64,000 nucleotides of DNA from Asterias rubens (lineage: Eukaryota). Both the position numbers and the translations under genes were made by a program. Positions 1 through 11,900 of this stretch are shown one piece after another; the first letter of the stretch is position 1, and each line of letters opens with the position of its first letter. The notes under the pieces are model-generated. The model saw only the letters and a list, made by a program, of their open reading frames with translations. It was not told the origin of the DNA and did not search any database. The stretch spans positions 32,364,001 to 32,428,000 of the forward strand of contig NC_047062.1 of the NCBI RefSeq assembly GCF_902459465.1, given 5' to 3'.

Positions 1-450
1 TCCTGTAACTTAACTGTGAAATCAGATTATTACAACTATTAATGGCCTTTATATTTCTGGAACATAAATTGAAAGCAAGGATGCCTCATAAGTGAACTTG
101 AGTAGACCTGTTAACAAGGTTGATTGCTATGTGATCCAGAAACACTGGGGTTAACCCTTACTCTTCTATGATAAGAGTTCTGGGTATGAGCATTACCAAC
201 CATAGGCCTAAAACATGGGACCATCCGAAAGACAAAAGCATTTATGGTCTTGCTCAGTGACACAAGTGCCACAACCGGAACTCAAACCCACACTCTACTG
301 ATTAGAAACACCAGGGCTTGAGACTGGTGCTCTTTACCGCTCGGCCAAGACATGCCATTGTCCACAAACTCATACAGAAAAAATGTGGAGAAAAAAAAAT
401 CAAAGTTATGATACTTGTTTTTATAAATACAAACTTGGTATATCTCTAAC

Positions 451-1254
451 CTTGTCTGCTACCCTCGCACAACTGTCCATCCAGAGGAAATCTTGAATCA
501 GGGTATCATCTACATTTAATAACAAATAAAACAATTGTTAAAAAACCTTCCTTCTTTTCACATATAAACAAAAAAATTAACTAAAACATAAATAATAAAA
601 TAAACAATTGTTTAAAATAATATTGATGTGTACATTTTCTACTGATTTAAAAGATGTTTAATTTGCATAGCAGATGTTGTTATAGATGTTTAAAGGTGTT
701 TAAACATAGGGTTGAAATTAACTCTAGCTACTGGGAAATCTCAGTGGTCTAGTTGGTATGACACTACTCTAGAATTGCAAAGGTTATGCGCTATTTGTTT
801 TCACAGAACTCCGGAAAGTACTGAATATACAGTGATAACACAAATCAATGAATATCGGTAAAACCAATATTAATATTCTAATTCTATTTATGTTTGAATT
901 TAAGTTTCAAAAGAATTTGCAATAATAAGAAAAAATCTCACCAAAGAGTCTGAAGAATGCTGCCATCTCTTTGCTTGTTACTGTCATGGGAGCATTTTTA
1001 GCCCTCTTTGGTGGACTGCAAAACTCGGCTGTGACATTGGTAATGTCCTGACATGGTCCACGGTAGGACTTAACTTCTGTGTCTATTCTGCGTTTCACTG
1101 GGTGCAGAATCGGCATGGCTGCTGGGTTTTTCACAACATCCACCCGCATTTCGCTTTTAATGTTGTTGACTGGTATGGGAGAAAGTGTTCCACAAAGAAA
1201 ACAGCTCAGCAGGGAAGAAATTTCTGAATCTTTTTGCCGGGAACCTTTTGCCAT
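451..1254 (-). CDS. SPDYA: Speedy/RINGO family CDK activator (SPDYA-like), first two coding exons; gene continues beyond the left edge
   Basis: Exons 1257-942 (ATG at 1254, donor G|gtgaga) and 509-451 (tag| acceptor, AAG|gttaga donor) splice in frame to ...EMAAFFRLF-DDTLIQDFLWMDSCARVADK. This matches the start of the Speedy box (FFxLFDDDLIQDFLWMDxCxxIADK, recalled). The paralogue assignment is uncertain. Confidence 0.9.
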
Positions 1255-1846
1255 GTCCTGAGTGAAAACCTCATTGGAAAGTCTGTATGCTGTAGAAATT
1301 TAAAAAAAATCATAAAGGCAACATTGAAAATATTTGTTCTTTTTAAAAAATAGTGTCATTCAGATCATCGAGGGGAGCTTTACTTTTAATTTTAGCATGC
1401 TTATCCCCAACTTTTGATGTATTAAATTAGACCACAACAATTAAGCATATTGTTTTTATATTATTCAAAGTTTACTCAATACAATCTTTAACTGAACACT
1501 ACTTGAGTTGATTTTTTTTTCCAGACAGTCTGACCATGACCAATGACCATGGACATAATGGAGCTAACTTTAATTTTGTTTAGGGCGGGTTAGGTGGCTA
1601 GGATGGTAGGACTAGGTCTAGGTGCGGAAAATTATTCAAAGTGAACACTCCAATTCAACTGAAAGATTGAAAACAAAATAGTTTGCCAGCTGCTTGCTTT
1701 TTAAATAATTAATTCATTTTATTTATTTGCAACCCAATACAATTAGGGGCCTATACAAAAAGTGCAATATATATTGTAAAATAAAATGAACCTTGAATTT
1801 AATTGAACTGAAGTTGAAGTGAGTGTTTTCTTGAAGAAAGTCCTAC

Positions 1847-2037
1847 CTTTTTCTTCTCTTTTTCAAAGAACTAAGTTTTCTAACCCCTCCTCATGCCCCT
1901 CCGAACATGATCATGGCCTAACAAAAAAATGCTTGCTTGCCAAACTGTCCATGCTGTCTCTCCCGCACACATTACAACATTACAACCTCATCACCATGGT
2001 CACCTTTAATCTTTACATAGAGCCTTGTCTGTCTTGA
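1847..2037 (-). other. Candidate 5'-UTR exon of Speedy
   Basis: Donor AAG|gtagga at 1847/1846 and a weak acceptor at 2038. No frame is open from an ATG here into the coding exon. A further upstream donor (gg|gtgagt) lies at 2287/2286. Confidence 0.4.
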
Positions 2038-2289
2038 CTAATTTTTGTCCAATGTTAAGACTCTTTTTACCATCAATCATGACATGCGAGTGTGCGACAA
2101 AAGTTTGTCTTCATTTCTTCATATTTATAAACTTATTATAATTGTTCTGAAAGCTTGTCAAACCATGGTCAAACACGCCTATATCACCCAAGTCAAATGG
2201 TACGCGGTCAGCCCATTCGTTGGCTGGATGATTTCTGTCACATTTTTGGCTTTCGTTCAGGTTAAAAAACAAAACTAATCACTCACCCG

Positions 2290-2903
2290 TTCACTGCCAC
2301 CTCCTCCACCGTCCACTGTCGTCTGCTTTAATTCTCTGATGTTGTTTTTGTGTGTATGAAACAACAAAATGTGCAGAACATGAACCACGTCGATGTGCAC
2401 ATGTACGTCATTTATTCACGTTCACTTTTTCTTTTGAACATTCGCGCGCGTTTCAATACAATGTCGTCTGCTAACCAGTGGCAGGGAATTTTGATAAAAA
2501 TCTGTCAAAAAAGTATAGACTCTGATGGTACATTAATGTTATCATAATAATATAATCTTCCTTGACCTTCGTTTTTTGTTCTTTCTTTTTTAAAGATTTG
2601 TTTTTCATTTCTCTGAAGAAGAAAATCAATAATCTTTTATGCACGCAGTGGATCGAGCGCAACGCACAATGCGCGTCTCTTTATTTTTGTACACCGCTAA
2701 AGTGTTAGGGCGCCCCCTATTTTATGCTGATGTGTAGTTTTTTTCATGTCTGACCAACTGGTATTCGGCCTTCCATGCGTTATGGACGCATGTCATAGTG
2801 TACCAACGAGTTATGATGTCAAAAATCTTATGTTGTCGTGTGAAAATGAGGAAGGTGTACCGCTGAACACTGAACACTAAAACTGTCCTAAAAACAACCC
2901 AAA
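2290..2903. promoter_or_regulatory. Putative bidirectional promoter for Speedy (-) and SYVN1 (+)
   Basis: About 600 bp between the Speedy first-exon donor (2287) and the SYVN1 ATG (2904). It is locally CpG-rich (ttcgcgcgcg, gcgcaacgc, tagggcgccccct). Confidence 0.6.
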
Positions 2904-5900
2904 ATGAGAGGGTTTTTACTCACAGCGGCCAGCTTTGGCCTAACAGCATCCGTTGTTGGTCATGCTTTCTTCCAGAAGAAACAGTTTTATCCCTCTGTGG
3001 TGTATTTAACCAAGTCAAACCCCAGCATGGCGGTAAGTTTTTTTGTAAAATAATTATTCCTGTATAGTGTATTCTATTTATTTTGTCAGTTTGTAATTCC
3101 AAATAATTAACGAACTAATTGGAAATTTTTCAATGTCATTAACTTGTTGGGTACCTGGGTACTGTATTCAATGTTTTAGACTTCCTTTAGTTCTTAGGCC
3201 TTAAGCCTTAACGGCCTTTCTTGAAAATAACAAAGCTAATTCTATCATGGATTCAATTACAATTAGGCCTAAGTTTATATTTATAAACTGATAGTGATAA
3301 ACAATAAATGTCGGCCTTTTATTTTTAATAAGAGAATAAAAGGGTAGCGACTTGTTCCTTCACAGCCATATAGAACCCGCAGGGTCGTTGCCGTGTGATA
3401 ATTAAAGGCCCGAGCGGAAGGCGAGGGCCAGCAATGCCTGTTTTGTAAGGCTAAGCAATGCCTGTTTTGTCAACTTAGAAAAGGTCTCCTGCGCACATGC
3501 CAGGTCGCGTATATAGGCCAGTGCACCCTCTAGTTCTTATGTGGTGTAAACCGAGGCTGGAAGAACAAAATAATCTGGTTCCTATTTGCAAATGATTATT
3601 AGTATTTATTATTGTTATTCGGTTTGACTTTGAGGAACATGACCAAGATAGAGGCAGCATGACAAAGGTCTATAATATGCTACACTTTCAGTCGTCGGCT
3701 AGCTGTGCCAACATCCATGGCAGAGCTCTTGTCCTATTCAGCTTTTTCAAAAAAAAAAAATATAAATTTTAAGATAATAACTGACTGACTGATAGTATTT
3801 TGTTTGTTTTCAACTCAGGTAATTTACATGCAAGCCTTCGTCATGGTGATTTTAATGGGGAAACTTTTCAAAAAGGTGTTTTTTGGTCAACTGAGAGCTG
3901 CAGAAATGGAGGTGAGTTCATTTCAAATAACCTTTCATTCAATTATTGAACAAAAGTCTATTTGGACCTGCTCAGATGGCAAAATCTTAAATTTATCAGA
4001 GCTTACCGTAACACTGATTCCCTTGCCACTATGTAAACATTCCTTAATAATTTTGTTTGCCTACAGACTCTCCTTTTTCCAGCATGTCACAGAAAACAAA
4101 GCTATTTTATTTTGTTAGGCCAAATTTGCAATTAAAATACATACAGGTGTTTCCCAGCTCCATAACTTACAATTGAATTGTTTGTGAAATAGGTTAATTC
4201 TATATTCTGCATATTCTTTCATCAAATATTCAAGGTCCTGAGGCAAACATTTGATGCAATAAGTATTTTCAGTCGATTTAATTTCTGGAGGTAGTGAATT
4301 CATATTAACTTTGATTAGATTCACTGAGGAAACTATTACAATTTGTGGCAAACTGCAATTTAGCATCTTTCACTCACTCCAAAATAAATAAATTACCAGC
4401 GCACAGGATACCGGCAGTGCAGTGTACATTACACCGTGATTCCTTCAAAACCATTATTGGAACAATAACAAAGCAAGGTATGAGTGGGGGGTGATCTTTA
4501 CACCCCATAATTTGAAGGGTTATAACAGCGTCCGAACAGAACTTGTATTTAACAGGCATGCTGTTCTTTCCACTTAATCTGATTTTCCAATGGGAGACTT
4601 TCTGGGACGATAGAGGGCAGCAGACTTACCGGGTAAATCCATTGTTCTCAGAATTATGCGCCTGTTCAGAACTACGTAAACAATGTAAACTTACCCGGTA
4701 TGTCTGCTGCCACCTAGCGTTGGAAAGTCTCCTATTGTTCCTTTTCCTTGGGAAAAATTGTGTTTGAATAGCCTGAAATGGCTATTTTACAGCCTATATT
4801 TTACAGCCTACCTGTATGCTTGGTTTTTGGAAGGGTAAGGGCACCCTATGAGGAAATTGTTAATTTTACTGGAGCAGGCAATGACCAGTGGGCATGATGG
4901 AGGCAACCACCTCAGTGCCTCTATGAAGTATCAGTCCTGCTTCACCATGTTTAAATGTTAGTCGCCCCTTGTACAGTATACAATTGTTGCACGCTGTGTC
5001 ATGACGGGATCCATTGCGTTTTGTACACCGAGGCGAAGCCAGGACCCAAGTCACAGCATGCAACAATTGTTTTGTTATACCTTTGTAACATTGTTATTGC
5101 TCTTCTCGAAGTTCTGTTGTCATCTTCAAACATTATTAAGACGGAGCAATGCATAGTTTAATCATGGTTTAATAAGCAGACAAACAGTTCAAATAAGAAA
5201 CAAATCTTTACCTGTTCCCTCGAACCGCGTGTGTTTCGTACAGTGCTGGAAATCGACCATCGGTGGGAACAATCAGTGATGTACACTGGTGTACATCACT
5301 TTTCATGTTACCCGGCGCGCTGTGCATTACGCGTAACGCGCATCTTTAGCCATGATACATGCGTATTTGTTGCACGGCACCTGATTGGTTCTCGACCAAT
5401 CAAACTTCACAATTTGTGCAGAGTTATAACAATTGTACATGATAAACCATTTTCTAGGACCAAATATCATGCATTTTGTTACCGCTAGGACCAAATCTCA
5501 TGCATGCTGTTACCGCTAGGACCAAATATCATGCATGCTGTTAACCGCTAGGACCAAATACATGTATCATGCATGCTGTTACCATTTTGTTTTCTTTTCT
5601 CTTTGAATGCTAGCACCTGATTGAGCGCTCCTGGTACGCAGTGACAGAAACCTGTTTGGCTTTTACAGTATTCAGAGATGACTTCAGTCCTAAATTTGTT
5701 GCAATGTTTACATTTCTACTCTTCTTAAAATGTTTCCATTGGCTGGCAGAAGACCGGGTAGATTATGTAAGTATTTGAATAATTCGTCATGGTCTGACAG
5801 TTTTGCAACACCTGTCTTTATATTTATGAATATTTTGCCATCATCCGGGGTAATATGATATTTTTAGTGCTATAATCAAGACAACTGGAATCACTATTTA

Positions 5901-8900
5901 TTTGTGATGACAGTTTCACGTCGATCTTGTGGCAGCAAAAGGTTGGTCTAATATAGCTGGTCTATTATAGCTGAACTATAGGACCCTGCCAAGTTACAAT
6001 GTATTACGCAGACCCTCTCCTCTGTTCTTTGTATGAATTGTAAAATTTCAGTTGTCATTCTTATGTCGAGATGTTTTGTTTGTTTCTATAGACACTGTGT
6101 TTTTGGAATTGACACCCTTATTATTACCAAATCCTTAAAAAAGACTCTTCCAGTTATGAAAATAAAAACTCAAACAGTAAGCATAAAATCAGCCGCTAAG
6201 CAGCTCATGGAAATTGGCCCCTCACTCTTGCTAATAGCTTTAGTTTATGTTTTTTGTTCTACATGTTTTATTCTCTAGATGGAAAGGAGTCCAGTTATTT
6301 CTTGGTTGTTTCATATTCGTGTAATAGGTGAGTGCCAGATAAAAAATGCTTGAAACAGGTACTTTGGGTTTCCAATGATTCCCTATTCGGGTGAATATGG
6401 TTTAAATCAAGGTAAAGACATACCCTAACAGGGGTAGTTTAGGTAACAGCAGGTTTGTAAACCAAAGCATTTCAGGTCTGTGTGCTTCGTTTTTAAAAGG
6501 GCAAGGGCACCAAGGCATGTTCTCCTAGGTAAATGGCACCATGGGAAAGTGAACATTTATACAGAAGCATCTCAAGGGCACCAAGGCCATGACCAGGGGG
6601 CATGGAGGCATTCACCTTTGTTGCCTCCGATCAGGCCTGCTATTTGAACAGTTTATTCCAATTTTGAAAATAAATTTAAGTTGCTTTGATTGATTTTTTA
6701 AGGTAACGTAATGTTCTGTTGTCAGTTGTATATTTCATCTCTCTTAATTTGATTTGAATTGAAAACAATTATAACAGAATAACATAATTTGAAAGTTTTT
6801 ATCATTATTACAACAGGTCTTTTAGGTGTTCTTGCAGCCTTAGATGTGGCATTTATGAATTATGCCTATCATAGTACGTTAACTAAAGGAGCTTCTGTAC
6901 AGTTGGTGTTTGGGTTTGAGGTGAGAATTAGTTTGAATTTCAGCATTCTTTAATAGCGTCTTTAAAAAGCTCAGGTGTGAAAATCCTTGGAAGCAATGAG
7001 GCACTTGTCATTGCCGTGGTGCCCCTAGTCATTGCCTTGATTGGAGGTCACATGGCATTAATTGTTCAGGTAATTTTGGAGGGCAAGTCTATGGGGAACT
7101 TTTGAAGGGACACCAAGGCAAAGTCCAGGGCAAGAGAAGCCCTGTCATCCATGTCATTCCAGGCTGGTTTCTGTTTCACAGGGTTGCATGTTGCGTTTAA
7201 CAAGAGATTACTTTCATACTGGGCTGTAAATGTTCTAAGAATTTACTGTAAATACAATAGTAAACTTGCAAATGTTTTACAACCATGTATTAATAGTAAT
7301 AGTAATAATAACTAGCATTTATAAAGCGCTATCTATCTAGAAAACTAGCCCGAGGAGCTGAAGATGAAAAGAAACCAAACAAAGCAATTTATACAAAGAA
7401 ATTTATACAAAGAAAAGAATCAAAAGAGTGCCTAATTCAGTGATTTAGGAAACAAATACGTTTTCAGTTGCAATTTAAATGTGTCTAAGGATGAAGCTGT
7501 GCAAATGCCTATTGGTAGAGTATTTAAAGAGGAACATTCTAGAGTATTCAATCTCTTTTGTAGGAGTGTTGGCTCTGAAAAGAGCCGATGGAAATGTTCT
7601 GTTTATAATTTGTCCTCCCGTTGCAGTCAACAGACATGACAGAGTATTTGACACATTTTATTTGTTTTCCTTACAGTACGCAATTTTGTTTACCATCATT
7701 CTCAACATATCATTCAAGTACATACTGCATACAATTGATCTTCAGAGTGAGAACCCATGGGAGAGTAAAGCAGTCTATATGCTCTACACCGATCTCATTA
7801 TGAGTAAGTTATAAATACTCCTCATTTATTTGTAGGTGTCTCTGTCCTTGTGTTTTATCGGGCTGATCATCCATATTAATGCAGTCGATGCGGAGCATCG
7901 GATGATGGCCCTCCAAACATAGTGGTCTTCCATTGCTGTATGCAGCTCCTCTAGTTGCAGGCCAGAGTCCAGGCACTTTTTTTTTTAATAAGAGTTCTTT
8001 AATGTGCATTACATAGCACATGGTACCTATGGCTTTACGTCCCTTCCGAAGGACGAAACACTACTTGTTAAATGCCTTGCTGAAGTAGAAAGACCAGGAC
8101 TTAAACCAAAACTCTGATCAGAAACACAAGAACTTGAGTTTGATGCACTTGTCCGCTCGGCTACTTTAGGCAAAACAACCAATTGTTGTGCTTCCTATGG
8201 GGGCCCTTCAATGGCTACCACCATTACTATCTATATAGAGTGTCGTGGCCGAGCGAATAAGAGCACCGAACTCAAGCTCTGGTGCCTCTGTTCAGCAAAG
8301 TGTGGGTTCGAATCCCGGTCTTGACACTTGTGTCCCTGACGAGACACTTAACCATAATTGCTTCTCTCCGACCAGGGGTAAATGGGTACCTGTGAGGGCA
8401 GAGTTGGTTCTTGTGATTGATTTAGCCGAGTAGCACATATTAATGTTGCACAGGCTGCATACTCCCCACCAAGGAGCTGATATGGTTTAAGGAGTTTATT
8501 AAGACTCAGTGACCAGGTGTGATAATGTGAAGTGCTTTGGGACGCCCTCCTGGTGTGAAAAAAACAGGTTTTTATTATTATTTTTATTATTATTATTATT
8601 ATTATTTATAACAAGGATGCATTGGATAGATTTTTTATTCTATTTTTTTCTGAGGGGGACAGAGGGGTCATTACCAAAGTATGACCATACCTTTAAGTTT
8701 AAGCAGCTCTATGAAATTGTGGCGTTAGTTTTTTTCTTGTTATCAAGGTAGTCAACTAATACTGATTCTTTTCATCCTGCAGGTTTTGTGAAGGTCATGC
8801 TTTACACAGTGTTTCTTGCCATTATGATCAAAGTACATACGTTCCCACTCTTTGCCATCCGACCAATGTATCTAGCCATGAGGTGAGTAGTCTATTTAAT

Positions 8901-11900
8901 ATCCCTTCATGGTAGTCCCTAGGATACAAACCTTAAATTGCCTTCATGTTACCGAGTTACTGAGACAATTCATCTCACAGATTATTTTACTAGGACACTG
9001 TGGAATCTTGCACATTCTTTTGAATGCCTTTTGGGTTGTTTTTTGTTCTTTTTAATACCTTGCCCATTCTATGATATTTATCCACCCAATGTCATGAATG
9101 TTTCTTTTTTTTCTTTCCCTATTTTTCGTTTTTTCCTTCTTATTGTTTTAGTCTTTTCCGCATGACTGTTTGTAAACCATGTGTACTATTTGTTTGCAAA
9201 TCTGGGAACATTTACTTTTGCTTAAACTTGAACCCTATCCCTGCGACAAACAACAAAACGCAACAAAAGTGCTGTATTTGGTCGCAATATTACATATTTA
9301 TGCAGCCAAATCCAATTCCATACTCTGTAGCACTATGCTGTTTCTACATGGCCTTGATGGTCAATGTGTCATCCCAGTCTCCAGAAAACTCCAATGCATA
9401 CTGAGTGCATTTATACATTGGTTATAATGCTATAAATATCTCCTTGATTGATGTTAAGATGTGAATTTGTGCAGCTCCGTAGACCTATTGATAATAGATT
9501 TGTCATTGAACTTGCATATTTTCTGGTACTTTCCTGTGCTATTGAACTTGCATATTTTCTTGTACTTTCTTGTGATTTCAATATTTGTTATACTTTCATA
9601 CTTGCTTTTATGTAAATTGAATTTGCATACTTTCTTGTACTTTCTTGTGATTTCAATATTTATTATATTTTGGTATTTTCTTGCGGTAATATGTTTTTCA
9701 GTGATGCTTTAATTTAAGATTCCTTTCTTGGCTATTATTTGATAGTTCTGTGCAGTTCATTCTTTCTATTATATGGATTGTAATGCTAAATGTCTCCCTG
9801 ATTGTTGTACAGATATAAATCGTTGACCTATCCAGAACAAATTTGTTATTGAACTTGTATATTTTCTTGTAATTTCAATATTTTGTATATTTTCATATTT
9901 TCTTATGCCATTATACTTGTCAGTACTTTATCTTGACGCTTTAATTAAGGACCCCTTTTTGGGGCTATCCTTTGATACAATGCAATTTTGTCTTTCTATT
10001 TACTACTTTTGTATTTATTTCCATTTTAGTCCTCCTTTAATACTGTGTATTTTTGCCATGTTCTTGCTGTGTTTTATCTGCCTAAATTGAAATCAAATCA
10101 AGATATATGAACATAAGTCCCTTCTTAAGTTGCTGTATTTGGTCGCAAAAAGCAGCCAAACTAAATCATGATCTGTTGCACTATGCTGCATTTAGCAGGT
10201 TTCTACGTGGCCTTGGCATGTATGGGCCGTCCTCGGCAAACTCCAATGCATATTGGTGCATAAAGCGGAGAGTAAATACCAAGTGCCAAGGCTGGCAATG
10301 GATTTCTCTGTTGCATGTTGCTGCATTTAGCAGGGTTATCTTTTCAAACTTTATCTTGATTCAGACTTTTGTGTATCTGTTTGGTAATAAAAATATCTGT
10401 TTTGATTTATCTTTGATCAGGTCATTTAAGAAAGCAGTGAATGATGTGATAATGTCAAGACGAGCCATTAGAAACATGAACACTCTGTAAGTATAGGATT
10501 TGTAACACTTGAGCAAGATACTTTACTATAATTGCTTCTCTTCACCCAGTGGTATAAATGGGAACCTGTGAGTTAAAAGGTTGATATTGTCAATTAAAAG
10601 CCTTCTGAGCGCCACGGCAGCTCAGGGCTGTATACTCCCCAAGGAGCTGAGAAAGATTAAATGGATGTTATTGGCCCAATGACCAGGGCACTTATGTAAA
10701 GTGCATTTAGTGGTTGTTGTGAAATGCGCTATATAAGAATTTGTTATTATTATTATTATATTAACTATACCAGATGTAGGCTTGGGAACCTTTGTTGTAA
10801 ATTATCAAAGAAAGTGTCACAAGAACATTCAAAATAGTGTACAATGGTGTCAAGGTGAAATATAGAATATTCTATTTCACAAGGCCAAATCTTATATTCT
10901 GCCGCAATGCATAAATACAATGCATTCAATGTTTGTTTTATATACAAAATTGCAGATCGTGAGATTACACAAAAAATACACAATTTCAAGGAGTATTTCT
11001 ATCTGAATCATTTATCTTTCCATTTTAAAACAAATGCATTTTCTAACCCAAAGTGCCCAATTCAAAGGCAAACTACCTCTTTAACAGTAATTATGTTGAT
11101 GATTTTGATGATGTAAACTCATTGCATTTAGTAGATGTTCGTTTTGCATCAGGGATAAAGAAAATAGTTTGTTTTTTACCCTTACATTTATGTGCATTAA
11201 GTACTGTATACTGTGTACTTTCCTGAGTTCTGTGGAAAAAAATCTACAGACAAATCACTCTGTTGGGATTTGAACCCAAGACCTTTGCAGAGAGCAGCTG
11301 ATTACTCAATGATTTTCCTCCTAGTTATCCTGATGCAACACCTGAGGATCTGGCATCTTCCGACAATGTTTGCATCATCTGTAGAGAAGAGATGGTGACA
11401 GGTTGTAAGAAGCTTCCATGTAACCACATCTTCCATACCTCTTGTCTGCGCTCGTGGTTCCAGCGTCAGCAGACGTGTCCAACATGTCGCATGGATGTAC
11501 TCAGGGCACCTGTTGTTGTGGTGACGGGGCAGCAGAATCAACAGCAGCAGCAGCAACAGCAGCAAGGTAAGAGCGACATGACGACAGACAGACAGTCTGC
11601 ACTGCAATTCTTCTTTCGTTAAAGTATAGTCCATTATCTGGTGTATTATGTACAGTGGTTGTTGAGTGCATTCGAGGGTGTGGATATATAGAGTGCAGGT
11701 GGGTGAACAGTGAACATAGAGTGCGGCTAAAAACAGCTCAGGCTGACCTAGCGGAGCTTAACTGACTGTACACCCTGCTCAAAACTAGCAAAAGTTGTGC
11801 AGTTGATTATGTCTTCCGGGAGATTGTTCCATACTCTAATTCTACTGGGAAAGAATGACTGTTGGTAGACCCCTGTCCTGGTGAATGGTATCATGTATTT

